A DNA stretch of 63,914 nucleotides, filler included, from Octopus bimaculoides (GCF_001194135.2; 6 parts of 5 records of this genome joined end to end with filler, not necessarily neighbours in it); one strand, 5' to 3'; positions 39,046 through 53,095 are shown, counted from the first letter of the whole stretch. The notes: generated by a model from the letters alone, not told the origin. A program made the numbers and translations.

Positions 39046-39745
39046 ACTCACACATNNNNNNNNNNNNNNNNNNNNNNNNNNNNNNNNNNNNNNNNNNNNT
39101 TAATTAATTAANNNNNNNNNNNNNNNNNNNNNNNNNNNNNNNNNNNNNNNNNNNNTATATATATATATATATTACTTTTCGTTGTCTTTTGTGTCGCGTC
39201 TCCGGCATATGAATTTCCGAAGAAGTGTATCCGATGTTTGTGCCTACCAGTAGTAAAACTCTAACGTTAAGTATCTAAAATGTGTCCCGATGACAGGATA
39301 TTTTCACATTTGTACCTTCGCTTTTGTGTTCTCATCGCTTGGGCTACATTTCTGCCCCATGTTCTATGCTCAGTTGTGTGATCAACAAATTTACAACCAA
39401 ATGTTTCCAGGTCCAGTCTTCCCTGTAGCCAGCTTGGAAAGTGTCTTCTACAATCGGTCAGTGGTCGACCAAAGTTTTATGAGGAAATTAGGTAGACGAA
39501 AACTAACTCTACACCATCAGGTACATACATACAGACAGGTATGTAACATATGGTATAATTTTAAACAGGGAAAACTTTAGCCATTTCTCTGAGGACTGAA
39601 AAGAGCGATGAACAACCTTAATCGATTTCCGAACCTTATTTTTTGTAACCTCTCGATCTCTTTTGCCGAAACACTAAGTTACGAGGACGTAAACACATCA
39701 ACATCGCTTGTCAAGCGATGGTGGAGAGGAGACACACTCAGACAA

Positions 39746-39815
<70 letters not shown>

Positions 39816-40010
39816 ACGACGGGCTTCTTTCAGTTTTCATCTACCAAATCCACAAATGTTTTCCATTTCCCTTGTTCGTCTTTTAAATGGATATAAACAA
39901 TATACTTTACTCAAACCTACTGTTTTAGAAAAATTTCATTCCCCAAAACACTATGTAGTGTAACAGTATTTCCTTGGATGCAACCCCATCCTTTCACGAG
40001 GTTAACGTAT

Positions 40011-40046
<36 letters not shown>

Positions 40047-41407
40047 CATATATATATATACATATATGTATATATATATGTATATGTGTATAAATACATA
40101 TATACATGTGTTTGTCTGTTTCTGTGTGAGTGTGTGTGCGTCTGTGCGTGTGTATATGTGCCCAACACGTGTAGAAAACCGATGTGGTTTGTTTCCTCGT
40201 AGCCTAATATTTCTTCAAAACAGACCGGCACAATAAGCGCCATTCTTAAAAAACTAAATACAGTGGACGACTTTTTTCCGGTTAAACCCATCAAGACAGT
40301 GCCCCAGCCTGACCACCATCTAATCACTGCAACTCATGAGAGATAATAGAAAAACATCAACACGCCGACGCATTCGCCCTCTCTTTTCCTTCTTCCTATT
40401 TTCTATCCTCTCATCCTTTCTACATCTAATCTATTTCTAGCAATTTCCAGCTTCTATCTTACTATTGCTTACATTCGTGCCATCTATCATTCTCTCTCAC
40501 ATTACTTGTCATTGTGAACGCAACACATTCTCTTCACTCCATTATTTGTGTTGGGACTAGATCTGATTACCTTAATGTTTTGTTTTCCATTTCCTTTTTT
40601 TTCTTCTTGTATTGTATTCTTTACATTCTGGCTTTGACTTATTTTCCTCTGTTCAATTTCTATAGTAAAAATTAATGTTTTTTTCTTTTGCGCTCTACAA
40701 GTCTCTACAAGTCGCTAAGTGTTACTCAAACACATTTCGTTAATATCGTACTTCCTTTGTCCGTTAGGCTTAGCTACATGTCTGTGTGTGTGTCTACACA
40801 AAACACAAAACACGCACACGCACGCACGGTGTTGATGTCTTTACGCCCCCGCAAGTTAACTGTACGTCAAAGCAGACCGATAGAATAAGTACTGGTTTCG
40901 ACAGAATAAGTCCTGGGATCGATTTCTTCGACTACAGGTGGTGCTCCAGATTGGGCTTAGGCACATGACTGAAACAAGTAAATGAATAAAAGAAGATAAT
41001 GATTCCTTTCAAATGTATTTCATTAATACATTTTCTTGGCTCCGATCATTCTAATATTTTGGAAACGGGTAACCAAACTTGAAATCTATCGTGTGGTTAC
41101 CATAAAACAATAGAAATTAGTCTTTTCTTGAAAATTCTATATAAATGTATATTCTGTTCTTCTAATTTTCAACAATTGTCTAAAGATCAATAACATGAAA
41201 GTTCCTATGACCGTCTTTGAAGATTCACGCTCGATTAACTCATTTATATATGTAGGTATGTATGTATATATGCATGTATGTAGTTCTATATATACATATA
41301 TATATGTCTGTATTTATATATCTAAATGTATATATGTATATATAGACAGATAGATATATATATGTATATATATGTGTGTGTATATATTTGTACATTCATA
41401 CATGCAG

Positions 41408-41483
<76 letters not shown>

Positions 41484-41650
41484 ACATAAATGTATGCGTA
41501 TATATGTATATATAAATGTATATACAAATATACGCACCCACATATATATATGTCTGTATGTATGAATGTATATGCATGTGTATATATGTGTATATATCTG
41601 TATACATGTAAGTATACGCATATATAAGTTTACGTTTAAATATATGTGTG

Positions 41651-41718
<68 letters not shown>

Positions 41719-42236
41719 CACATTCAAACATACATACACATGGATGCATATACATAATGTTATACTTATAGCGAAAGTGACGATGAGAGAGAGAGAGAGA
41801 GAGAGGTAGACATATGTTGTAAAATTGGCAAATAGATAGATACATAATGACTAAATCAACAGAGATATATCTGATGGAAACTTGATTATGTTGCTGTATT
41901 GTGGAATAAAATTGTTAGGAACGATTCCATCTTATTTCTTATACCAGAAAATGTGAAAGAACGACCGGAAAATGATGGGAGAAAAATAGACTGTGAATGG
42001 AAAGAATATAAATGAAAGCGAAATCCATGTGTTTAATCATATGAGCGACATTTTGACGCATTTATAGCTATAGTTACATATAGGTAAATAGGTATATATA
42101 GATACAAACACACATATACACACTTATATATAAATANNNNNNNNNNNNNNNNNNNNNNNNNNNNNNNNNNNNNNNNNNNNTTAATTAATTAANNNNNNNN
42201 NNNNNNNNNNNNNNNNNNNNNNNNNNNNNNNNNNNN

Positions 42237-42282
<46 letters not shown>

Positions 42283-42693
42283 TACGAGAGAGATAGAGAG
42301 AGAAAATTCATTATATAAAGTATTGTATATTTGCAAATCATATTAACCAGGCATATATTAAAACAAAGTATAGATTGTTTTTTTCACATCTCTCTTAAGA
42401 CTTTGAGTTTCTGTCTTGCAATAATGACATGATTGTAGCAGAAAAATATTTCCATTATGTGGTAGTTTTCTCATGCTAGAAATTTCTTCCAATTACAATG
42501 CAGCATTTTTTTAATTTGACAAGGCGTCTAGCATATTTATGTGCTAAGATTGGCTTCTTTCTAATACTATCTCTAACAAGGCTATTTGATGCTTGGCTGG
42601 TGCTCAAGGCCTAAGACATAGAAGTGAAAATCCATAGGTATTGACCTGTGAATATACCAAGTTTTGTTTAATGAATTTTCAAATGCATATGCA

Positions 42694-42727
<34 letters not shown>

Positions 42728-43203
42728 CTATCATCGTCCTCACCACCACCATCATCACCATCATTTTATATCTGCTTTCCATGCTATCACGAACTGTTAT
42801 AGATTATTATGATCTGAATAAGTTCTTTTTTTTTTTTTTTCCTTATTTTTCTTATTTTGGCACTACTGCCTGCCTAGACCAAATGAAGCACCATCTAGAA
42901 CTTGTATGTTTTAATGCTTGCTTTGTTTTGCTACAGCTGGATGTCTGTCTTTACACTAACCACTTTACATAGTGTACTGTTTGCTTTTCTTCGTAGCACC
43001 ATCACTGGAGAGGTTGTCATGTCCTTGACAAGATGAAAAAGATTTTCTGTATCCTCCCCATCATATTTGATCATTCACCAATCACTTTAGAAAGTGTTCT
43101 GGATGTATTTTATTTTGGCACTGGTGCTAATGGACATGCCTTGTACACCATAAAATTGAATACTTCAGTTATTCTATGCTGTGTCCATTTACTCAAGAAT
43201 ATA

Positions 43204-43330
43204 CAGGGTGTCCACAAAGTCTGGGTACATGGAGTAAATAAAATCATAACATAAACAATTAAATATAAGAAATAATAATTTCTTAAAGTATGTGTTAATC
43301 CACATGTACCCAGACTTTGTGGACACTCTG
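43204..43330. mobile_element. 127-bp Tc1/mariner-type MITE
   Basis: 28-bp TIRs cagggtgtccacaaagtctgggtacatg with 1 mismatch; TA on both sides. Confidence 0.9.
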
Positions 43331-43516
43331 TACAAGAAGGAAAGTGAACAGATGAGACAGTGATAATGGAGGAAAGAAGAAGAATGGGTGGGTAAAGGGA
43401 GAGAGCCCTTGATGGTAGAAACAGAATGATTGTGTTGAGAGGGTAGTAAAGAGAGTAAGAGATAATAATGGGGGTGTACAGTAGTGGCACTGAGTGCCAG
43501 GGGTTAATAATGAGTG

Positions 43517-43748
43517 GTCTGGGTGCGCGAGCTGGCAGAAACGTTAGAACGCCGGGCGAAATGCTTAGCAGTATTTTGTCTGCCATTACGTTCTGAGTTC
43601 AAATTCCACTGAGGTCAACTTTGCCTTTCATCCTTTCGGGGTCAATAAATTAAGTACCAGTTATGCACTGGGGTTGATGCAATTGACTTAATCCCTTTGT
43701 CTGTCCTTGTTTGTCCCCCTCTATGTTTAGCTCCCTGTGGGCAATAAA
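43517..43748 (+). mobile_element. SINE family B (alternative tail)
   Basis: gcgagctggcagaaacgttag...ttctgagttcaaattcc; tail tccttgtttgtcccctctatgtttagctccctgtgggc shared with 62389-62616. Confidence 0.85.
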
Positions 43749-45373
43749 GGCTTAAAAAAATGAATGGCCTGGGAAAGGAAAGGTGATGGTAGAGTGTAAG
43801 GGGTACAAGCAGATTAAGTAAAAAAAACCACAGNNNNNNNNNNNNNNNNNNNNNNNNNNNNNNNNNNNNNNNNNNNNNNNNNNNNNNNNNNNNNNNNNNN
43901 NNNNNNNNNNNNNNNNNNNNNNNNNNNNNNNNNNNNNNNNNNNNNNNNNNNNNNNNNNNNNNNNNNNNNNNNNNNNNNNNNNNNNNNNNNNNNNNNNNNN
44001 NNNNNNNNNNNNNNNNNNNNNNNNNNNNNNNNNNNNNNNNNNNNNNNNNNNNNNNNNNNNNNNNNNNNNNNNNNNNNNNNNNNNNNNNNNNNNNNNNNNN
44101 NNNNNNNNNNNNNNNNNNNNNNNNNNNNNNNNNNNNNNNNNNNNNNNNNNNNNNNNNNNNNNNNNNNNNNNNNNNNNNNNNNNNNNNNNNNNNNNNNNNN
44201 NNNNNNNNNNNNNNNNNNCATCCCCCTTAGCCTTATCACTAGAACCATTTTTTAATATTTATTTCATCATGCTTATAAAGAACATATTGCCGAACATATA
44301 GCGATACCACACAATATTGCCTTATTCTCTTTTATGAGAAGTGCATATTTACATTTTGCCTTCAGCTCTGTTCTTGATCATAGTGAGAATATATCTGAGA
44401 AAATGAAGAGATATCCTATTAGGTATGTGTGTATGTATGTATGTATGTGTGTATCCATCCATCTGTGTGTGTATGTATACATAAATTTGTTGTTACTTAT
44501 CTTAAGGCTCATAGTGAGTAATTTGGATAGAATTTTGGCTGTTATTTTTTGTTGGTCGATTGACCATGTAGGGGCAACTTCATTGGTTTGTAAAGTGTTC
44601 ATAGGTGGTAGTAAAAAAAGTGCCAGTTATTTTGATAAGGATGTTAGAAAGTTGGTCTGTTAGTTATTCTGGTGAGGTAACTTTTGGAAAGTAAAGGAAA
44701 TCATGCAACTACAGGAAAGTGAGATTTTGGTAAATTATGGTTATGGAAGGAATTAAATTTTTGGAAGTGCTGAACTGCATAGTTAGCTAATATAATCCTC
44801 TTCTAGGATGTCACATTAATGTGTTTGAAGGACCTGGAAAGATCTTAGATAACATTGTTCTTTTGTTGTCCTGAATAACAAGGTATTAACTGATAAATAA
44901 TGAAGATTAACCCTTTAGCATTCAGATTATTCTGTTAAATGTTCTGCTTATTCATTCACATTGCTTTGAATTAATCATGCAATATCTCATAGCTTTGAGA
45001 TTTCACTGATATGACTGTACATTTTTAGAATGTCACTACAGGGTAGATGTGAGAGGCCATATCTGGCCAGTTCCAGCGTAAAACAGGCAGAATATTTTGG
45101 CTGGATATGACTGGTTTAAATGCTAAAGGATTAAGGCAGAGTCATTAGCACACCAGACAAAGTGCTTAGCAGTATTTCACCTGTCACTATGTTCTGCGTT
45201 CAAATTCTGCTGAAGTCAACTTTTCCTTCATCCTTTATAGGTCAATGAATTAGGTAACAGGAAACACTGGGGTTGATGTAATCTATTAGTCTCCTCCCTG
45301 CAAAATTTCAGGTCTTGTGTCTTTAGTAGAAAGGATTATTATTATTAATATTATTATTATTATTATTATTATT

Positions 45374-45930
45374 GAGTGAGAGAGCAGCACATGCCATTGC
45401 AGTGACACTGGAGTAAAATATACGAAGCCCAGTATACCCATCATGACTACCCGTACGATAAGGGTACACCAGGCACATGCATCACGACCATATGTGCGTG
45501 ACATGGTGATGCCATGTCAAGATAAACAGCACATGACCTTGCAGGTGGGGACCAGTTAGAATTTTCTTCAGATCAAGTCACCCACTTTGGTCAAAAGGTT
45601 CCTGAATAAGGTTTGTCTAACAATGTTGAGCAAGACACCCATGTTTCCAAATGTGAATTATCCAAACCCCAAAGAATTCCTCTCAACACATGGCTATGAT
45701 GCTCCCCCACTACTTCTGCTCGTGATCAGAGATGCACATATTATCAGCCACCAAGGGACATACTCAACTGGTTAAGGTCAAACAACTGACAAGCAAATCT
45801 GTGGTATTGGGCAGAATATTTGCTGTAGCCCATCTTTTTATACCAAGACAAAACAATGTACATGATAACACTTCCAATCAATTAAGATCTGAATCCATGA
45901 GTTCCACTGCCCGGTATTGCATCAGGGCAT
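45374..45930 (-). mobile_element. Family C repeat, full length
   Basis: Reverse complement of 825-1377; (TTA)n on its 3' side only. Confidence 0.85.
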
Positions 45931-46959
45931 TAGAACCACTGCCTGGTATTAAAGGTAAACTGTAACAACCATGTATTTGTTCTGTTTTCTTTTATGGTTT
46001 GATCTCAAACTCTACCAAGGCCAACTATGCCTTTCTTTCAATGAAGGTTGATAAAATAGAGAGTCAATTGGGTGTGAAAATAATCAGCTGCTCCCTTTCT
46101 CCCTATTTAAGGCCCCATACCTTTGTTAGAAATGGTTAATGATTAATGTATAACTGTTGAATTTGAAAAGAGTGTTTGCATGATAGCTAGTTTTCTATCG
46201 TTAGTCTGTTGTTATTACTGCTGCCATTCTGACAATGTGTTTATTATGCTTTATGTGAGATTTCCATGCAACAAATGCTTTATTTACACAGTTGTGGGTA
46301 TAAAGTTGCACTCTTCCACACATTTGGTTGAAGTAATATTTTCAATGGCAGAGCAACAAACTATTTAGTTAGCTTGTTCCATTTTTGTTACTACAAACAC
46401 ATCTTTGACATTTTCAGTAATACTAAGTAAGCATGCTTTTGACATTAATAGGAAGTCCAGATGCAGTTGATGAAAATGTCGGTCTCTTCTAGAATAGTAA
46501 TACTTCAGTTTGTTAAAGATATTTGTCTTTTATATATTCAAATGTAGTTCTACTGCTTCAAATGATTTTGTATCTCTTTTCAAAATTGTTTAGTTTTTGG
46601 TGGTTGTTTTTTTTTTGTGAATGTTTGTATATATGTTGTGTGTGTGTGTGTGATAAATTCTTTTTGAGTTTATTAATTTGACATGAACATTGTGATGCTT
46701 GAAGAGGAAACAAATCATGAACTTATCCATGAAACTACTGTCTATGCATATACATGTGTGTTATACATGTATAACACACATGTATATACATGTGTGTGTT
46801 GCATGTTTTTGCATATGTAGTTCATGACAGAGGGATCTTTATCGTTCATCACTTTCCTTTAACAATTGTTGTGTGTGTGCATCTTACACAAACACAAAAC
46901 TTTTTAAGTGTGTGGGGGGGATTATAGAAAGTGAGAGATCCCTTGGTCTGAGGCAGGTT

Positions 46960-48230
46960 CAAAGAAGTGCTATTTGACACATGTCAAGAAGAAAGAGGAC
47001 ATACAGAGCCATGACATAGAAGACAACTGAGAGATTGTGCAAGGTGACCATGCTGCCAGCCACCGATAGAATCTGTGGAAGATATGTTCCTGCCTGATGA
47101 AAGGTAACATGGCAGTGGAATGGTTTAATAAAGAAAGCCGTATAGGTTGAAAGAGAAGTGTGAAAATGATGGAGGAAAGTGGATATTAGTGGATGTTAGT
47201 TATTGTTAGCAAGGAGAGAAGCAGAAAGTAAAAATTTGTCAGTTGTCTGCTGATTGAAGACTAGAAAGAAGGTCGAGTGCTCTGAATTGCAAAATGGTGT
47301 GTTGGTATGAATGAGGATGTTGTTGGCGGAAATATGTACAGAATGATATGGGTGCACTTACTCTCAAAGGGACCAGCTATTGAAAATGACAGAGGTATGG
47401 TTGAAATGTTCCATGAAATAAAGGAAGACAAGGAAAGTAGCAGTTACTGAGGTACTTAGAATATCTGCCAATGTTGGACACACATTAACCATTTATATAT
47501 TCATTCAGGTAGTATAAGATGTGGTCATTTCCTGTGAATAGCATAGTAATATTATTGCCATCTTCTACAAAGGCAAAGGATATGCTCTAGAAAGAAGTAA
47601 CTACATCATCATCATCATCATCATCATCATTTAATGTCCGCTTTCCATGCTAGCATGCGTTGGACGATTTGACTGGGGACTGGCGAACCAGACACCAGTC
47701 TGCTCCGGCAGAGTTTCTACAGCTGGATGCCCTTCCTAATGCCAACCACTCCAAGAGTGTAGTGGGTGCTTTTTATGTGACCCCAGCATGAGGGCCAGTC
47801 CGACGGTGCTGGCAATGGCCATGCTCAAATGGTGTGTTTTTACGTGCCACCTGCACAGGAGTCAGTCCAATGTTTTGTTCACATGCCACTGGCACAAGTG
47901 CCAGTAAGGCGAAGCTGGAAACGGTTACGCTCAAATGGTGCTTTTTACGTGCCACCAGCACAGAAGTGAGACTACTATGATCCCGCTCGGTTGGTGCTGT
48001 TAGTGTTCCACTGGCACAAGTGCCAGTCATCGAATTTGGTTCAGTTTCGAGAAGCAGCAAACTGAAAGTAACAAAGTGTTTTGGTACAATTGCTTTGGAA
48101 AAGGTTTAGTAAATATGTGATGCAATTTGGGTTTGTATTAGGACAGTTTACCACTGACACTCTCTTCCTAGTGAGAGAAATTCAGAAGTTCTTAGCCAAT
48201 AAGAAGCTATTATATCTAACATATGTTGAT
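46960..48230 (+). mobile_element. Decayed RTE LINE (linker plus start of RT), interrupted at ~47605-48050 by an antisense RTE 3'UTR piece
   Basis: ATDRICG..KVTW.WN; YKGKGYALERSNY; MQFGFVLGQFTTDTLFLVREIQ...LYLTYVDM. Confidence 0.75.
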
Positions 48231-48560
48231 ATGTATCCCTATTTCTTACAAAAATATGCATTCAAAATATATACATATTTTGTCTTAATCATCTGGTGGT
48301 ATTAATCAGGATGGCAGTGTTACTGGCTTTTGTACATGGTCAGTGTTGCTACTGCTTTTTTTTTTCAACTTGAAGTCATGTAGAGGTTTTTTTTTTTTTC
48401 CTTTTCTCTATAAAAAGGTCAATCCTATCAAAAATTAAATATTTTGATGAAATGCAGTTAGTCCATATTAGAAATCAATAAAATATAAGTATTACATCAA
48501 TTTATATTAAATTTATTGTTATTACATAATGATTGTTGTTGTACATTGTGTATTTGGTTT

Positions 48561-48645
48561 TGTTAACAACAAACAAGATGAGAACAAATATCCGTCAAAT
48601 GTAAATAATGTAAATAATTCCTCATCTCTCAAATATAGAACTGAA
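48561..48645 (+). mobile_element. Tail-only copy of the hammerhead SINE-like element
   Basis: tgttaacaacaaacaagatgagaacaaatatccgtcaaatgtaaataatgt matches 15970-16020. Confidence 0.85.
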
Positions 48646-50213
48646 ATATCAATTTATAACTAATGTATACTTATATGAGCAAGTTCAGAACGATCTTGTT
48701 GTTGTGGTGCCTCAATCAGCATTATTTAAAAATATCTCTGCATTTATTATCTTAGAAATAGTTGTTATATATCTACAGTGACCATTGATTAACTGAACAG
48801 TAAAAAGTTGTCGCATAATCCCATTCATTCCTGTCTAAGTAAAACCCGATATAAGTTGAGTAGAATAAGTATATTTGTGATTTTGTGTTAAATAAAATAC
48901 CAACTGGTTGTTTAAATGTGTTTTCACCACAAACATATTAAATCTACATTTGTTGTTGGTTTTCCCAGTTAACGCCACTTAAAACAAGCCTCACTATAAA
49001 GTGGTGTAGCCACATTAGCCATGTTCAAACAGAGCTCAGCATGAAGTTGTTATTGAGTAGCTCCAATCATCCTTTGTTAAAACAGACCTCTGTATGAAAT
49101 TGCTATTGTTGAGTAACGCCAGTGAGCCCTTTACAAATAGACCTCAAGGTAGCTCCTGTCCACTTTGATTAAACATATCACACCATAAAGTTGTTGCATA
49201 GCAGCCTTATTTGAACAGCATGAAGTTGGGAAGAGTAACAATTTGTTATTGTGTAGCAAAGAAAATATTAATTAATGGCTTGAGACAATTTCAGAATTCT
49301 GTTACCAGTTTAAAGATCATCAGAAAATGAATTTCCTTGATAGACACAATTGTTAAAACCTCAAAGACATCATAGTAGCTCAAGACCATTCAGTTGAATC
49401 TCCCCACCCCCCATATTACAGAAATAATTTTACTATCATAACCAACACTATACAATCGCTTGACAACTGATGGTGGCGTATTTACGTCCCCGTAACTAGC
49501 GGTTCGGCAAAAGAGACCAATAGAATAAGTACTAGGCTTACAAAGAATAAGTCCTGAGGTAGATTTGCTCGACTAAAAGCGTTGCTACAGCATGGCTGCA
49601 GGCAAATGACTGAAACAAGTAAAAGAGTAATTACAAAAAAACACCCACTACTTTGCCATCATAAACAAGGAACATTTTACCATCATATGTAACCAAATAT
49701 TCAAAATTTTACCATTATAAATAATTCATCATCATCATTCATTCAGTTTCCATGCTGGCATGGGTTGGATGATTTGACCAGATTTAGTGAAACCTAGGGA
49801 TGAATCATATTCCATGTAAGCTTTGGCGTGGTTTCTATAGTCAGATGCCCTTCCTAATGCCAACCAATTTACAGCGTGAACTGTATACTTTTTTTTTTAT
49901 TCCATGCCACCAGCACTAGTTGGGGTTACCAATACAGCAAAGAATGAGAAAAGTTGGGGAAAAAAATGACTTAGATGGGACGGTACATTTCTTGATTACA
50001 CTGAATTTAATACAATCAATTTTTAAGTATTATAAAATGGTCTTGTTTTATTGCTAAACTGCTTTTGCTTTCAAACTGAAATTTTTACCTACCTCTCAAT
50101 TTATTCCATACAAATATCAGGGCAAGTGTCTTCTACTCTAGCCTTGAGCCAACCAAAGCCTTGTGAGTGGATTTAGTAGACAGAAACTGAAAAAAGCTTG
50201 TTGTGTATATGTA

Positions 50214-50264
<51 letters not shown>

Positions 50265-50324
50265 AGCTCGGCTTGCGAAGACCTGTTGGGGCAAGTGAAA
50301 GCAAAATCGTGATGGCACCTGTGC

Positions 50325-50820
50325 CCAGCGTTGCCTTCCTGGCACTTGTGCCTGTGGCATGTGTAAAGACATTTGAGCAAGGTCGTTGCCAGTGCCGCTG
50401 GACTGGCTCCTGTGCAGGTGGCACGTAAAATACTCCATTTTGAGCATGGCCATTGCCAGTACCACCTGACTGGCCATCGTGCCGGTGGCACGTAAAAGCA
50501 CCCACTACACTCTCAGAGTGGTTGGCGTTAGGAAGGGCATCCAGCTGTAGAAAGTCTCCAATCACCAGGCTCCAATCTGATTTGGTAGAGTTTCTACAGC
50601 TGGATGCCCTTCCTAACGCCAACCACTCCGAGAGTGTAGTGGGTGCTTTTACGTTCCACCGGCACGAGGGCCAGTCAGGCGGTACTGGCAATAGCCATGC
50701 TCAAAATGGTGTCTTTTACATGCCACCTGCACAGGAGCCAGTCCAGCGGCATTTGCAATGACCTCGCTCGAATGATTTTCTAACGTGCCACAGGCACAAG
50801 TGCCAGTAAGGCGACGCTGG
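50325..50820. repeat. Long inverted repeat of two RTE 3'UTR copies, tail to tail (~229-bp arms, 37-nt spacer)
   Basis: 50325-50553 is the reverse complement of 50591-50820; ORF track shows near-identical peptides on + and -. Confidence 0.9.
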
Positions 50821-51399
50821 TAATGATCATGCTCAAATGGTGCTAATTACGTGCCACTAGCACGGAAGCCAGACAGCTGCTTTGGCAATGATCACACTCA
50901 ACAATGCTGTTATATATGTAAATATATATATATCTTCACATCAAGATAAATATATACACCATAATGTATATACGCATACAAACATAAAAACTGTCTGGTA
51001 TATAGAATATTAAAATAAGGAAATTGTGCAATAAATCAATATAACATAATTAAATGTAATATAAAATAAATATATAAATTCAAAATATAAAATTTGAATA
51101 TATAAAAAAGAGTAAAAATGAGTAAAAAATAAACCTTGGTGAAATTTAAGTTTAAATTTGTAACACAGTCAAAGGCTTTCTGAAAAGTCAGATGTAAAAT
51201 ATAAAATGTGAAGTCGAAATTTGTACTAGTACTGTAATACAAAAATGACTATATATTAGGTGTAAAGCCAAATCCAAATGCGAAAGTCAAAATTTTCCGA
51301 AAGTCAAAAATTTTACCCATACGGTATTTTTCTAGGTTATCATTTTAAGTCTTGCAGTGTGCCTGCAAGAATTTAAGAGTTCATGTCCCTGGTTCAATG

Positions 51400-51575
51400 C
51401 ATATTTATCATGAAACAGGAAGAACTTTTCTGAGAGGCAAAGATTTTTGTCATAGGTCTTCTGTAAGCTCCATGTTTGTATGATGGTGCTTTTTCCAAAA
51501 TTGTCCAGCTAATTGCCAGAATATGTTTTGCAAGACTTGTTGCTGTCCTATTCTCGGGGTATCAGAAAGAATTTC
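51400..51575 (-). mobile_element. Possible Penelope C-terminal fragment
   Basis: YPENRTATSLAKHI...ISWTILEKAPSYKHG resembles the region after GIY-YIG in PLEs. Confidence 0.4.
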
Positions 51576-51594
51576 GGTGAGAATAATATATATA

Positions 51595-53092
51595 TATAGA
51601 GAGATTTGTAGAAAAGGAGTAGGTAGTAACTCTATAAGATGTATCCAGTGCAAGCTATGGACACATAAGAGGTGCAGCAATATCAAAGGTAGGTTAACTA
51701 GGAAGTTAGTTTTTGTATGTGGCAGATGTTCAGGTGCAATAAACATTGTAAATATCCAGAAAACAACTTCTGTCTCATTCCAGGGAGAAAAGCTAGACGT
51801 AGTTGATAGCTTCCGCTATCTAGGTGACCAAGTTAGTAGTGGGGGAGGGTGCGCTGAAAGAGTAACTGCTAGAATAAGAATAGCCTGGGCAAAGCTCAGA
51901 GAGCTCTTACCCCTGCTGGCGACAAAGGGCCTCTCATTCAGAGTAAAAGGCAGACTGTATGACGCATGTGTACGAACAGCCATGCTACATGACAGTGAAA
52001 CATGGGCCGTGACTGCTGAGGACATGCGTAAGCTCACAAGGAATGAAGCCAGTATGCTCCGATGGATGAGTAATGTCAGTGTGCATACCCGACAGAGTGT
52101 AAGTATCTTGAAGGAAAAGTTGAACCTAAGAAGCNNNNNNNNNNNNNNNNNNNNNNNNNNNNNNNNNNNNNNNNNNNNNNNNNNNNNNNNNNNNNNNNNN
52201 NNNNNNNNNNNNNNNNNNNNNNNNNNNNNNNNNNNNNNNNNNNNNNNNNNNNNNNNNNNNNNNNNNNNNNNNNNNNNNNNNNNNNNNNNNNNNNNNNNNN
52301 NNNNNNNNNNNNNNNNNNNNNNNNNNNNNNNNNNNNNNNNNNNNNNNNNNNNNNNNNNNNNNNNNNNNNNNNNNNNNNNNNNNNNNNNNNNNNNNNNNNN
52401 NNNNNNNNNNNNNNNNNNNNNNNNNNNNNNNNNNNNNNNNNNNNNNNNNNNNNNNNNNNNNNNNNNNNNNNNNNNNNNNNNNNNNNNNNNNNNNNNNNNN
52501 NNNNNNNNNNNNNNNNNNNNNNNNNNNNNNNNGGATCACTAAGACCACCATCCGAGCATGATCGTTGCCAGAGCAGCTGTCTGGCTTCCATGCCGGTGGC
52601 ACGTAAATAGCACCAGCGTGATTGTTATCAATGTCGCCTTCCTGGCACTTGTGCCAGTGGCACGTGAAAAGTCATTCGAGCGAGATCGTTGCCAGTGCCG
52701 ATGGACTGGCTCCTGTGCAGGTGACACATAATACACCATTTTGAGAATGGCCATGGATCGTTACCAATGCTGCCTTGCTGTGGCACGTGAAACGACATTC
52801 AAGTGAGATTGTTGCCAGTGCCGATGGACTGGCTCCTGTGCAGGTGGCACGTAAAATACACCATTTCGGGTGTGGCCGTTGCCAGTACCCGCCTGACTGG
52901 CCCTCGTGCCAGCGGCACGTAAAAGCACCCACTACACTCTCGGAGTTGTTGGCGTTAGGAAGGGCATCCAGCTGTAGAAACTCTGCCAAATCAGATTGGA
53001 GCCTAGTGTCGCCTTCTGGTTCACCAGTCCTCAGTCAAATCTTCCAACCCATGCTAGCATGGAAAGCGGACGTTAAACGACGACGATGTTGA

Positions 53093-53095
<3 letters not shown>
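51595..53095 (+). mobile_element. 5'-truncated RTE-type LINE (RT C-terminal part, gap, tandem-repeat 3'UTR, (GAT)n tail)
   Basis: FRYLGDQVSSGGGC...ARIRIAWAKLRELLPLL...LYDACVRTAMLHDSETW; 3'UTR ending gcggacgttaaacgacgacgatg. Confidence 0.9.

Noticed and set aside
52600-52930. Repeat-spacer-like units (gccagtgcc...ggcacgt) superficially like a CRISPR array
   Set aside because: Eukaryotic context; units are tandem subrepeats of the LINE 3'UTR with related, not unique, spacers; no cas genes.
50221-53092. Recurring ORFs such as MPVPPDWPSCRW / QLDALPNANHSES
   Set aside because: Chance frames through the RTE 3'UTR repeat; not a gene family.
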